Source of the DNA: Candidatus Dormiibacterota bacterium
GTDB lineage: Bacteria > Chloroflexota > Dormibacteria > Aeolococcales > Aeolococcaceae
NCBI GenBank assembly: GCA_035652335.1
Contig: DASRDZ010000010.1
Coordinates: 39,594 to 103,593 of the forward strand
Direction of reading: 5' to 3'
DNA length: 64,000 bases
Shown here in pieces: positions 9,202 through 17,625 of the stretch. Positions within the stretch are counted from its first letter, which is position 1. Every line of letters begins with the position of its first letter. The position numbers and the translations under genes were made by a program. The notes under the pieces are model-generated. The model was not told where the DNA came from and did not search any database. It saw nothing but the letters and a program-made list of their open reading frames with translations.

Positions 9202-11537
9202 ACGCTCCACGGACCGCCACGCCGCAGGGCGTCCGTCCCACCGGGACGGCGGCCGCGCTTGGGCTGCGCCTGCGGGCGAGCTGGCGAGCCATGGCGGCGG
9301 CGCTGGCGTCGGAGGCGCGCCTCTGGGCGCCCGCCGCGGTGTGGGCGCGGCTGCGCGCCCTGCCGCTGCGGCGGAGGGTCGCCATCGCCGGCTGGATCGG
9401 CCTGGTGGTTGCCGTCATGATCGCCGGCAACCTGCCCTTCGGCAGCGACCACGGCATCCTCCTGCCGCGCAAGATCCCGCTCGGACTGGTGCTCCAGGGC
9501 GTGATCTTCGGTGCGGTGTACTCGCTGGTGGCCATCGGGCTGGTGCTGGTCTACCGCGCCGGCCGCTACATCAACTTCGCCCAGGGCGGCGCCGGCGCGG
9601 TGGGCGTGGTGCTCACCGCCAAGCTCATCCAGATCACCGGGATGAACTTCTTCCTCGCCGCGATCGTCGGCGTGGCGGCAGCCGGGCTGCTGGCGATGCT
9701 GGTGGAGGTGCTGGTCTTCCAGGGCCTGCGCATCTTCAGCTCGCCGCGCCTGGTCGCCACCGTGGCCACCCTCGGCGTGATGCAGCTCTTCGGCTTCGTC
9801 GAGTACATGGTGCGCGGCATCGAGGCGGACCACTACTACAACCTGCTGCCCATTCCCAAGGCGCCGCTCAACCTCTCGTTCAGCATCGGCATCGTCGACT
9901 TCAACGGCGCCCACGTCCTGGTGCTGCTGGTGGTGCCGGTGGTGGTGCTGGCGCTGACGCTGTTCCTGCGCCTCACCGACTTCGGCGCCGCCATCCAGGC
10001 CGCCGCTGAGAATGCGGACCGCGCCCGGCTGGTGGGCATCACGGTGCGCCGCATGCACACCTACGTGTGGGCGATCGCGGGCGTGCTCAGCGGGCTCACC
10101 GCCATCCTCGCCGCGCCCTTCTTCAACTTCTCCAACGGCGTCAGCTCAGGACCGTCGCTCTTCCTGCTCGCCCTGGCACCCGCGGTGCTGGGTGGCATGA
10201 ACAGCCTGGCGCAGACCTTCTTCGCCTCCCTCGGGCTCGGCGTGATGGAGTCCGTGGTGGGCTGGAACTACAACGTGGCGACGCTGGAGATGGTGCTCCT
10301 CGGCGTGCTGCTCGTCGGCCTGCTGCTGCGCCGCCGGTTGACCAGCCGCACCACCGAGGGCGAGGAGCGCTCCTTCGCGGTGGCCTCGCGGGTGCGCCAG
10401 TTCCCACGCGAGCTGGCCAGGTTGCCGCTGGTGCGCGCCTGGCGCGGGGGCTTCCGCGCTCTGCTGCTCGGGATGGCCGTCCTGCTGCCGCTCGGCTTCG
10501 ACCTGCAGCACCAGGTGGAGGCCGAGAACGTCCTCGTGTTCATCATCGCCGGCGTCTCGCTGGTCCTGCTCACCGGCTTCTCGGGGCAGATCTCCTTCGG
10601 GCAGTTCGGCATCGTCGGCTTCGGTGCGCTCTTCGGCGGCTGGCTGCTCACCAACGCGGGCCTCGACTACTGGACCTCGATGCTCGTCGTCACCGTCGCG
10701 GGCGGCATGGTGGCGGCGGTCATCGGCATCCCCGCACTGCGCATCCGCGGCCTCTTCCTCGGGGCGGTGACGCTCGCCTTCGCGCTCGCCTGCACCGACT
10801 ACTTCTTCTCCGACAGCGGCCACTTCCCCATCTTCACGCCGAGCGGGCCCGTGCACCGTCCCAGCCTGCCCTTCGGCTGGGACCTGGGCACCCAGCTCGA
10901 CAAGGCGGGCGACGAGCTGCACCTCTACTGGTTCTGCCTCGGCGTGCTGGTGCTGGTGATGCTGATGGTCCGCGCGCTGCGCAACAGCCGCTGGGGGCGC
11001 GCCTTCCAGGCGGTGCGCGACAACGAGCGCGCCGCCAACGCCTACGGCGTGGGCTCGATGCAGACCAAGCTGCTCGCCTTCGCCGCCTCGGGGATGATCG
11101 CCGCGCTGGCCGGCTACCTCTACATCACCGTGCAGCAGCAGGTGGCCCCGACGTCGTTCCCGGTGACCACCTCGCTGGTGCTCTTCAGCGCGGTCGTCAT
11201 CGGCGGGCTCGGCTCGCTCTCCGGCGCGGTCATCGGCGGCCTCTTCTTCGAGGGCGTGCAGTACTTCATCAAGGTGGACGCCATCCAGCTGCTGACCACG
11301 AGCCTCGGCTTGCTGGTGGTGCTGGCGTTCTTCCCGGGAGGGCTGGGCTCGCTGTTCTTCAACGTGCGCGACGCGCTGCTCCGCCGCTACGCGCTGCGCC
11401 GCCGCATCGTGGTGCCGTCGCTGCTCGCCGACCGTCGGGTCGAGGACGGCACGGCGCCGGATGCCGAGGCTGCGCTGGTGGGCAACGCGGTCACCGCCGC
11501 AGCACCGGTCGGCGTCGGCGTGGGAGGAGGACAGTGA
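9198..11537 (+). CDS. Fused LivH-LivM branched-chain-amino-acid-type ABC transporter permease (two permease domains, 779 aa)
   Basis: The first half carries a LivH-like signature (LVAIGLVLVYRAGRYINFAQGGAGAVG) and the second half a LivM-like one (LLTGFSGQISFGQFGIVGFGALFGGWLL). The ATG overlaps the upstream stop; the stop TGA 11535-11537 overlaps the GTG of the next gene. Confidence 0.85.
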   Translation: MNAPRTATPQGVRPTGTAAALGLRLRASWRAMAAALASEARLWAPAAVWARLRALPLRRRVAIAGWIGLVVAVMIAGNLPFGSDHGILLPRKIPLGLVLQGVIFGAVYSLVAIGLVLVYRAGRYINFAQGGAGAVGVVLTAKLIQITGMNFFLAAIVGVAAAGLLAMLVEVLVFQGLRIFSSPRLVATVATLGVMQLFGFVEYMVRGIEADHYYNLLPIPKAPLNLSFSIGIVDFNGAHVLVLLVVPVVVLALTLFLRLTDFGAAIQAAAENADRARLVGITVRRMHTYVWAIAGVLSGLTAILAAPFFNFSNGVSSGPSLFLLALAPAVLGGMNSLAQTFFASLGLGVMESVVGWNYNVATLEMVLLGVLLVGLLLRRRLTSRTTEGEERSFAVASRVRQFPRELARLPLVRAWRGGFRALLLGMAVLLPLGFDLQHQVEAENVLVFIIAGVSLVLLTGFSGQISFGQFGIVGFGALFGGWLLTNAGLDYWTSMLVVTVAGGMVAAVIGIPALRIRGLFLGAVTLAFALACTDYFFSDSGHFPIFTPSGPVHRPSLPFGWDLGTQLDKAGDELHLYWFCLGVLVLVMLMVRALRNSRWGRAFQAVRDNERAANAYGVGSMQTKLLAFAASGMIAALAGYLYITVQQQVAPTSFPVTTSLVLFSAVVIGGLGSLSGAVIGGLFFEGVQYFIKVDAIQLLTTSLGLLVVLAFFPGGLGSLFFNVRDALLRRYALRRRIVVPSLLADRRVEDGTAPDAEAALVGNAVTAAAPVGVGVGGGQ

Positions 11538-13573
11538 AGCTCCGCATCGCCATGCCCAAGCGGCGCCGCACGCGCGTCCTGCTCGCCGGCGCCCCGCTGT
11601 ACCCGATCATCGCGCTGGCCCTGGTCAGCGCCCTCGACCAGCTCGACCTCGCCGTCTTCGGCGTCGTCTTCCCGGAGATGAAGGCCGACCTGCACTTCTC
11701 GCTGCAGGACGTCTTCTGGATCGGCTTCCCGGCGTCGCTGCTCGGCTGGTGCGGCATCTTCGTGATCGGCGCCCTCGGTGACCGACTCCGCCGGGTGACG
11801 CTGTCCTGGATCCTGGCGGCCGTCTTCGGGCTCAGCTCGTTCCTCACCGGAGCGGTGATCAGCTGGCCGCAGCTGGTCCTGCTGCGCACCTTCAGCGTGC
11901 TGCCCAACTCCTACACGTCGCTGCACCACAGCCTGATCGCCGACATCTACCCTCCCGAGGGTCGCGGCTTCGCGATGGGCCTGTGGACCGCGCTGCGACC
12001 CGCCGGCTTCGTCGCCGGCAGCCTGCTCGCCGGCGTGCTGGCGGCGGTGGCCAACTGGCGGCTGGCCTTCCTGGCGCTGTCCATCCCCGTCATCGCCGCG
12101 GTGGCGATGCTGTTCCGGGTGCGGGAACCCGCGCGCGGCGCGCAGGAGTTCGAGGCCTCCACCGCCGCATTCGCCAGCCAGGTTCACCTCGGCCCCATCC
12201 AGAGCGTCAAGCTGCTGCTCAACATCCGGTCGTACCGGCGGCTGATGTGGGCATACGGCGTGATCGGCATGGGCGTGGGATCGCTGGTCCCCCTCTCCGC
12301 CTTCGTGTACCAGGGCGTGTTCGGCGTGGGACCGTTCGGACGGGGCCTCATCAACGCCGTCACGCAGCTCATGGTCTTCCTCAGCAGCGTGGCGGCGGGA
12401 GCCCTGCTGCAGCGCTTCTCGCCGCGCTTCATCACCCTCGCCAACGGCCTCCTCGTCTCGGCGGCCGGGCTCTCCTACCTGTTCCTCGCCCTCGCGCCGA
12501 CCGCGGGACTCGCCGTCGCGTCGCAGCTCATCGGCAGCGCCGCCTTCGGCATCTTCTCGGTCGGCACCTTCCTGCAGGTGGCGGCGACGACTCCGGCCAA
12601 CATCCGGACCATGGCCTTCGCCGCGGCGGGCATCTTCATGATCCTCGGCAACCTCTGGGGTCCGATCGCCCTGGGCATCGGCGCCAGCCAGGGCTACCGG
12701 GTGGCCCTGCTCGCCTCCTTCTGGTGGTACATCGTCGGCGGCCTGGTGGTCGCCGACGGCGCACGGTTCGTGAAGCGTGACCAGGAGCGCGCCAACACGG
12801 TGCTGCGGGCCGAGGCGGAGGCGCGCCGCCGCCGCGCCGCCGGCGAGAAGCTCGCCCTGCTCGACGTGCGCCACCTCGACGTGGCCTACGGCAACGTGCA
12901 GGTGCTCTTCGACGTCTCGATGCAGGTCACCGAGGGCGAGATCGTCGCCCTGCTGGGCACCAACGGCGCCGGCAAGTCGACGCTGCTGCGCACCGTCTCC
13001 GGCTTGATCCGTCCCACCGAGGGCGTGGTGCTCTTCGAGGGCTCGGACATCACCGGCCTCGACGCGGAGCTGATCACCAAGCGCGGCGTCATCCACGTGC
13101 CCGGTGGGCGCGGCGTGTTCCCCGGGCTCACGGTGCGCCGCAACCTGCGGCTCGGCACCTACCTCTACCGCTCCGACCCGCTCTTCCGCGAGGAGCGCAT
13201 GGAGTACGCCCTGTCCTTCTTCCCGCGGCTCGGCGAGCGGCTCGACCAGGCCGCAGGCAGCCTGAGCGGTGGCGAGCAGCAGATGCTCAACCTGGCCCAG
13301 GCGATGATGGTGCAGCCACGCCTCCTGCTCATCGACGAGCTGTCGCTGGGCCTGGCGCCGCGCATCGTGGAGGAGATCCTCCAGGTCGTCGAGAGCATCG
13401 CCGCCAGCGGCGTCACCATCGTGCTCGTCGAGCAGTCGGTGAACATCGCGCTCAGTCTCGCCTCGCGCGCCTACTTCATGGAGAAGGGCGAGGTGCGCTT
13501 CGAGGGCCGCAGCGCCGACCTCGCCGACCGCGACGACCTGGTCCGCTCCGTGTTCCTGGCGGGGGCGCGCTGA
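11534..13573 (+). CDS. Chimeric protein: N-terminal 12-TM MFS-type transporter domain (about 415 aa) fused to a C-terminal LivF-like ABC ATP-binding domain (about 255 aa)
   Basis: GTG at 11534 lies 6 nt after GGAGGAGGA and overlaps the upstream TGA. The MFS motif A is present (GALGDRLRRV) across many TM segments. The C-terminus has Walker A (LLGTNGAGKST), the ABC signature (LSGGEQQ) and Walker B (LLLIDELSLGL). The track ORF 10067..13573 upstream of 11534 is an Arg-rich artefact overlapping the permease. Confidence 0.8.
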   Translation: MKLRIAMPKRRRTRVLLAGAPLYPIIALALVSALDQLDLAVFGVVFPEMKADLHFSLQDVFWIGFPASLLGWCGIFVIGALGDRLRRVTLSWILAAVFGLSSFLTGAVISWPQLVLLRTFSVLPNSYTSLHHSLIADIYPPEGRGFAMGLWTALRPAGFVAGSLLAGVLAAVANWRLAFLALSIPVIAAVAMLFRVREPARGAQEFEASTAAFASQVHLGPIQSVKLLLNIRSYRRLMWAYGVIGMGVGSLVPLSAFVYQGVFGVGPFGRGLINAVTQLMVFLSSVAAGALLQRFSPRFITLANGLLVSAAGLSYLFLALAPTAGLAVASQLIGSAAFGIFSVGTFLQVAATTPANIRTMAFAAAGIFMILGNLWGPIALGIGASQGYRVALLASFWWYIVGGLVVADGARFVKRDQERANTVLRAEAEARRRRAAGEKLALLDVRHLDVAYGNVQVLFDVSMQVTEGEIVALLGTNGAGKSTLLRTVSGLIRPTEGVVLFEGSDITGLDAELITKRGVIHVPGGRGVFPGLTVRRNLRLGTYLYRSDPLFREERMEYALSFFPRLGERLDQAAGSLSGGEQQMLNLAQAMMVQPRLLLIDELSLGLAPRIVEEILQVVESIAASGVTIVLVEQSVNIALSLASRAYFMEKGEVRFEGRSADLADRDDLVRSVFLAGAR

Positions 13574-14415
13574 TGGCCAGGCCGGTCGCGCTCGAGATCC
13601 GCGACGTGCTGGTGCAGTTCGGCGGCGTGCGCGCGGTCGACGTCGAGCACATGGCCATCAGGCGCGGGCGCATCGCCGGCCTGATCGGGCAGAACGGCGC
13701 CGGCAAGACCACCCTCTTCGACGTCATCAGCGGCTTCGTGCCGCAGCGCCGCGGCTCGGTCGTCCTCGACGGCGAGCACGAGCTGACCGGCCTCTCGCCG
13801 GTGCAGCGCGCCCACCTCGGCCTGGGACGCAGCTTCCAGGCCGCCACCCTCTTCGAGTCGCTGACCGTCGCCGAGTCGCTGATGGTCGCCTTCCACACGC
13901 GCATGGAGAGCAGCGGTCCGCTGTCGTCGGCGCTGCAGCTTCCCTGGGCGCGGCGCGAGGAGCGCGCGGTGCGGGTGCGCGTCGACGAGCTGATCGACCT
14001 GATGGGCCTGGGCGCGTTCCACGACAAGTTCATCAGCGAGCTGTCCACCGGGACGCGGCGCATCGTCGACCTGGCCGGCGTGCTCGCCCTGCAGCCCAGC
14101 GTGCTGCTGCTCGACGAGCCGTCGAGCGGCATCGCCCAGCGCGAGGTGGAGCAGCTCGGCGCGCTGCTCCGCGAGGTGCGCGAGGCGCTCGACTGCACCA
14201 TGGTGGTGGTCGAGCACGACATCCCCCTGGTGCGCACGCTCTGCGACGAGCTGTATGCGATGGAGACCGGGCGCGTCATCGCCCACGGCACCTGCGACGA
14301 GGTGCTGTCCGACGACAAGGTTGTGGAGTCCTACCTGGGCGGCGGCAGCCGCGCGGTGGAACGGAGCGGCGCCGCCACGGCGCCGGTCCCGGTTGCGATG
14401 GGAGGAACGCTGTGA
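13573..14415 (+). CDS. LivG-like ABC transporter ATP-binding protein
   Basis: Walker A (GLIGQNGAGKTTLF), signature (LSTGTRR) and Walker B (LLLDEPSSG). The ATG shares one nucleotide with the upstream TGA (TGATG). Confidence 0.85.
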   Translation: MARPVALEIRDVLVQFGGVRAVDVEHMAIRRGRIAGLIGQNGAGKTTLFDVISGFVPQRRGSVVLDGEHELTGLSPVQRAHLGLGRSFQAATLFESLTVAESLMVAFHTRMESSGPLSSALQLPWARREERAVRVRVDELIDLMGLGAFHDKFISELSTGTRRIVDLAGVLALQPSVLLLDEPSSGIAQREVEQLGALLREVREALDCTMVVVEHDIPLVRTLCDELYAMETGRVIAHGTCDEVLSDDKVVESYLGGGSRAVERSGAATAPVPVAMGGTL

Positions 14416-14975
14416 GCAGCACGACGATCAGCCGCGTCTCGAACCTGGGACGCGGTGTCAGCGCACTGGGACCGAAGCTGAAGCGCTTCGGCTCGCGGGC
14501 CGCGTCCGCGTCGGGGACGTGGCGGCGCTACGCCACCCCGCTCGGCCTCGCCGCCGTGGCCGGCGGCTTCGTCCTGCTCATCGAGAGCTGGTGGGACGGC
14601 AGCGGAACGCCGGACGCACGCGTCGAGCTCCAGGACGTCATCTCGGCGATCGGCGCGGGCGCGCTGGTCATCGCCGGCATGCTGCTCATCGTCGGCGAGC
14701 TCTTCATGTCGATGCGGCGCAGCGGCGAGCGGCAGTCGGAGCGGATGATCGCCGCGCTGCAGCAGATCGCCGCCGGCACCGCCGCGCAGCAGGAGACGGG
14801 CGGCGCCGCGGCAGTCAGCCCGTCGTCGGTGGTTCTGGCCAGCCATGCCTCATACCACACGCCCACCTGTGACCTCGTCCTGGGACGCGAGGGGGTCACC
14901 GTGACCACGCTGAGCGAGGCACACGCCAAGGGGTTGACCCCCTGCCGCGCCTGCCTCGGTGGAGGAGACCGCTGA
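14412..14975 (+). CDS. Small two-TM membrane protein with a C-terminal Ada-type zinc-binding domain (YH-x3-C ... A-x2-G-x2-PC-x2-C)
   Basis: GTG at 14412 is 6 nt after GGAGG and overlaps the upstream stop (GTGA). Two hydrophobic helices (LGLAAVAGGFVLLIESWW and AIGAGALVIAGMLLIVGELFM) are followed by SYHTPTCDLVLGREGVTVTTLSEAHAKGLTPCRACLGG, which matches the Ada_Zn_binding consensus (YHrpdC...eeAeaaGyrPCkvC). Confidence 0.6.
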   Translation: MSSTTISRVSNLGRGVSALGPKLKRFGSRAASASGTWRRYATPLGLAAVAGGFVLLIESWWDGSGTPDARVELQDVISAIGAGALVIAGMLLIVGELFMSMRRSGERQSERMIAALQQIAAGTAAQQETGGAAAVSPSSVVLASHASYHTPTCDLVLGREGVTVTTLSEAHAKGLTPCRACLGGGDR

Positions 14976-16750
14976 TGCACAGCACGCGCCGAGCCCGTCA
15001 CGTCCGTCTGCTGGTGATGCTGGGGCTGGCGGGGATCCTGGCCGGCTGCTCGCGCACACCTCCGGGCGGGATCATCGCGGGCGGCGGTCTTGGTGGCGCA
15101 GCGGGGGCGGCGGACGCGCAGACGCAGACGAGCGCGGACTCCTCGGCGACGGCCGGCAGCGGTGCGGGTGCGGGCGCGGGCGCCGCGGGCGTCAACGGCG
15201 CAGTGGCCGGCGCGGCGGGCGCGGCCGGTGCCACGGGCGGCTCCGCGGTCGCGGCGGCGGCCGCCTCCGGCCCCACGGGTGAGAAGCCGATCGCGTCGTG
15301 GCCCGGTGTGACGCCGACCACCATCGACATCGCCATCGCCGCCAAGCTGCACAACTGCAGCGAGTCGAACAACCCGCAGGAGTCGAGCGCCGGCACCTGG
15401 ACGCAGAAGTACGCCGACCTGGTCTCCGCCTACGTCGACTACGTCAACAAGTACATCCCCCTCCCCGGCGGCCGGAAGCTGAAGCTGGTCGGCAACGACA
15501 ACACCTTCGGCATCCCGCTCGTCGACGACGGCGGCCAGTTCTGCCCGACGCAGCAGGCTGCCGCCGGCCGCTACGTGGTCAACTCGCTCAAGCCCTTCGC
15601 CGCCCTGTACTCGCAGCCGACGCCCTCGGGCCCGGTGTTCGACGAGACCGTGGCCAACGGGCACGTCCTCGACATCGGCCAGGGCTGGCCGACGGTGCAG
15701 TCGATGACCAGCCGCTGGCCCTACGCCATCGGGGTGGCGGTGGTCGGCGAGCCGCTCGACCAGCACATGGGCTACCTCGCCGACTACGTGCACAAGCGCC
15801 TGCAGAGCACGCAGTACACGCCGCCGGCCGGGCCGTCGCAGCCGCGCAGCTACGGCGCGATGATCTACGACGACCCGTTCTACAACGGGCTGGCCAGCGA
15901 GACGCAGCAGCTCTTCGGACAGTTCGGCATCAGCGTCAAGATCTACCGGATCAGCAGCAACACCGCCACCGCCGCGCAGCAGGCCAACCAGGTGGCCCTG
16001 CAGATGAAGCAGGACGGGGTGAACACGATGATCTGGGGAGTGGTCGGCCAGCCCGGCATCGTCATGGCCAACGCCTTCGACTCCGAGGCCTACTACCCGG
16101 ACAACCTGCAGGCCTACAGCGGCGTCGCCTTCTGGGACACCGACTACTCGCACACGCAGTGGTCCCGCGCCTTCGGCATCGGCACCCCGTCGATCATCGC
16201 CGAGCGCAACGACACCACCCACTACACCACCGCCTTCGAGGGTGGTGACGCCTACGACGAGGTGTGGGCCAAGTCGACCCAGTACGACGGCAACACCGCG
16301 CAGAACGGTGCCGACGGCTACGGCATCTGGAACAACCTGATGACCCTGACGGCGGGCCTCGAGCGCTCGCCGGTCAACTTCACACCGACCTCGTTCGCCG
16401 ACGGGCTGGACTCCTCGGCGACGCAGTACCGCTGCGTCGAGGAGCGCTTCTGGGGAACCGACCACCCGCAGCTCTTCCGGGTGGCCTGGTACAAGGACAA
16501 CCCCGCAGGCGCAGAGGGGTACACGACCCTCTACTGGGTCAACAAGCAGTCGTCGTTCGGCACCCCGGGCTACTACGAGTCGTACGACGGGTACTACACC
16601 TACTTCGGGCTCAACGACCTGCCCAACTCACCCTCCGACGACACGGCCAACCAGTCGGTGCCGCCCATCAAGCAGATCCCGCACATCGGCGTCGACCCCT
16701 TCAAGTCGTGCCCCAGCATCGGGCTGCAGGGTGGCCTCTACGAGCACTGA
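14975..16750 (+). CDS. Large lipoprotein, putative divergent periplasmic-binding-protein-like substrate-binding component (591 aa)
   Basis: ATG at 14975 overlaps the upstream TGA. Lipobox LAGC, then a roughly 90-aa Gly/Ala/Ser-rich linker (GAGAGAGAAG...), then a roughly 480-aa globular domain. Position and lipidation suggest it is the operon's binding protein; its length and sequence are atypical for LivK. Confidence 0.6.
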   Translation: MHSTRRARHVRLLVMLGLAGILAGCSRTPPGGIIAGGGLGGAAGAADAQTQTSADSSATAGSGAGAGAGAAGVNGAVAGAAGAAGATGGSAVAAAAASGPTGEKPIASWPGVTPTTIDIAIAAKLHNCSESNNPQESSAGTWTQKYADLVSAYVDYVNKYIPLPGGRKLKLVGNDNTFGIPLVDDGGQFCPTQQAAAGRYVVNSLKPFAALYSQPTPSGPVFDETVANGHVLDIGQGWPTVQSMTSRWPYAIGVAVVGEPLDQHMGYLADYVHKRLQSTQYTPPAGPSQPRSYGAMIYDDPFYNGLASETQQLFGQFGISVKIYRISSNTATAAQQANQVALQMKQDGVNTMIWGVVGQPGIVMANAFDSEAYYPDNLQAYSGVAFWDTDYSHTQWSRAFGIGTPSIIAERNDTTHYTTAFEGGDAYDEVWAKSTQYDGNTAQNGADGYGIWNNLMTLTAGLERSPVNFTPTSFADGLDSSATQYRCVEERFWGTDHPQLFRVAWYKDNPAGAEGYTTLYWVNKQSSFGTPGYYESYDGYYTYFGLNDLPNSPSDDTANQSVPPIKQIPHIGVDPFKSCPSIGLQGGLYEH

Positions 16751-16760
16751 GCGATGCGGC

Positions 16761-16786
16761 GCGGTCCCGTCCCAGGGCGGGACCGC
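16761..16786. terminator. Bidirectional hairpin terminator between convergent substrate-binding-protein and PhyH2 genes
   Basis: GCGGTCCCG-tcccaggg-CGGGACCGC: a 9-bp perfect stem starting 11 nt after the substrate-binding-protein stop and ending 4 nt before the PhyH2 stop. It is a U-tract-less (I-shaped) terminator of the kind common in high-GC actinobacteria. Confidence 0.45.
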
Positions 16787-16789
16787 TTC

Positions 16790-17584
16790 TCACCGCGCCA
16801 GGCTGAAGGTCTCGGTGAAGAAGGCGCGCGTGACCTCGTTCTCGAAGTGGCCGTGCAGCGTGGCGCGGTGGATGGTGGGGATGTAATGCCCGAGGTGCAG
16901 CGCCGAGTCGCGGTACACGGCCACGTCGCCCGCGGACAGCGCGACCATCCGCGCGCCAGGCATGGAGCGGCGGTAGCGCGAGGCGGCGACCACGTACTCC
17001 TCCTCGCTCACCCCGTCGCGGCTGGGCGGCCCGGCGGCGAGGACCCGCGCCTCCTCGGGGGTGTCGTCGCGCACGTGGCTGCCGGGGACGACCCACAGCG
17101 ACATGTCGTCGTAGAGGGCGGCGTTGAACTGGTTGAAGAAGCGGAGGTCGGGGACCAGGGTGCGCCAGCGCTCCACGTCGGCCTGGGGGACGTTGTCCCG
17201 GTAGTCGCGGTGCCAGCGCTGGCACCACGACCCGGTGCTGCGCTGGAAGAGGACCGTGAAGGCCTCGGCGTCGAGGGCGAAGTCGGTGCCGAGCAGGCGG
17301 TCGACGACGCGGCGCAGGCGGGGCAGCTCGGCGAGCGCCGCGAAGGGCGCGGTGTCGATGCGCTCGCCGTAGTCGAGCAGCACCCTGCCGCCCACCGTGC
17401 CACCCGGCGGGCGCGTCGCGTCGGGGCCCAGCGTGGACCGCGTGTGGGCGCGAAGCACCTCGACCTGCTCGCGCATCCGCGCCAGCAGCGGCCCGGGGAT
17501 GGCGTCGGTGACGACGGTGAGGCCGTCCCGCGCGTATTCCTCGGCGTGGCGGTCGAGCTCGGCGGCCTGCATGGCTGCTCGCAT
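16790..17584 (-). CDS. PhyH-family Fe(II)/2OG dioxygenase, paralog 2
   Basis: 264 aa with clean non-repetitive sequence (WHRDYRDN ... VVPGSHVRDD ... ALHLGHYIP). Convergent with the substrate-binding-protein gene, with a hairpin between them. Confidence 0.8.
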   Translation of the reverse strand: MRAAMQAAELDRHAEEYARDGLTVVTDAIPGPLLARMREQVEVLRAHTRSTLGPDATRPPGGTVGGRVLLDYGERIDTAPFAALAELPRLRRVVDRLLGTDFALDAEAFTVLFQRSTGSWCQRWHRDYRDNVPQADVERWRTLVPDLRFFNQFNAALYDDMSLWVVPGSHVRDDTPEEARVLAAGPPSRDGVSEEEYVVAASRYRRSMPGARMVALSAGDVAVYRDSALHLGHYIPTIHRATLHGHFENEVTRAFFTETFSLAR

Positions 17585-17625
17585 TGTAGAGGCCGCGCCG
17601 CCGACTTCGGTAGGATTCCGAAATA
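17585..17625. promoter_or_regulatory. Divergent PhyH2 / beta-lactamase-like intergenic region with imperfect palindrome TTCGGTAGGATTCCGAA
   Basis: A 41-bp gap separates two divergent starts. The TTCGG ... CCGAA arms form an inverted repeat, followed by the AT-rich run AAATAATG. Confidence 0.3.

Noticed and set aside
10067-11533. N-terminal 489 codons of the 1168-aa ORF 10067..13573
   Set aside because: This part overlaps the LivHM permease in another frame and is Arg/Pro-rich junk. The real gene starts at the GTG at 11534, which has an RBS and overlaps the upstream stop.
14528-16465. 645-aa minus-strand ORF across the small membrane protein and substrate-binding-protein genes
   Set aside because: Low-complexity Arg/Gly/Val/Asp-rich translation with no family signal, on the opposite strand to a convincing coupled operon. 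It is a GC-skew artefact.
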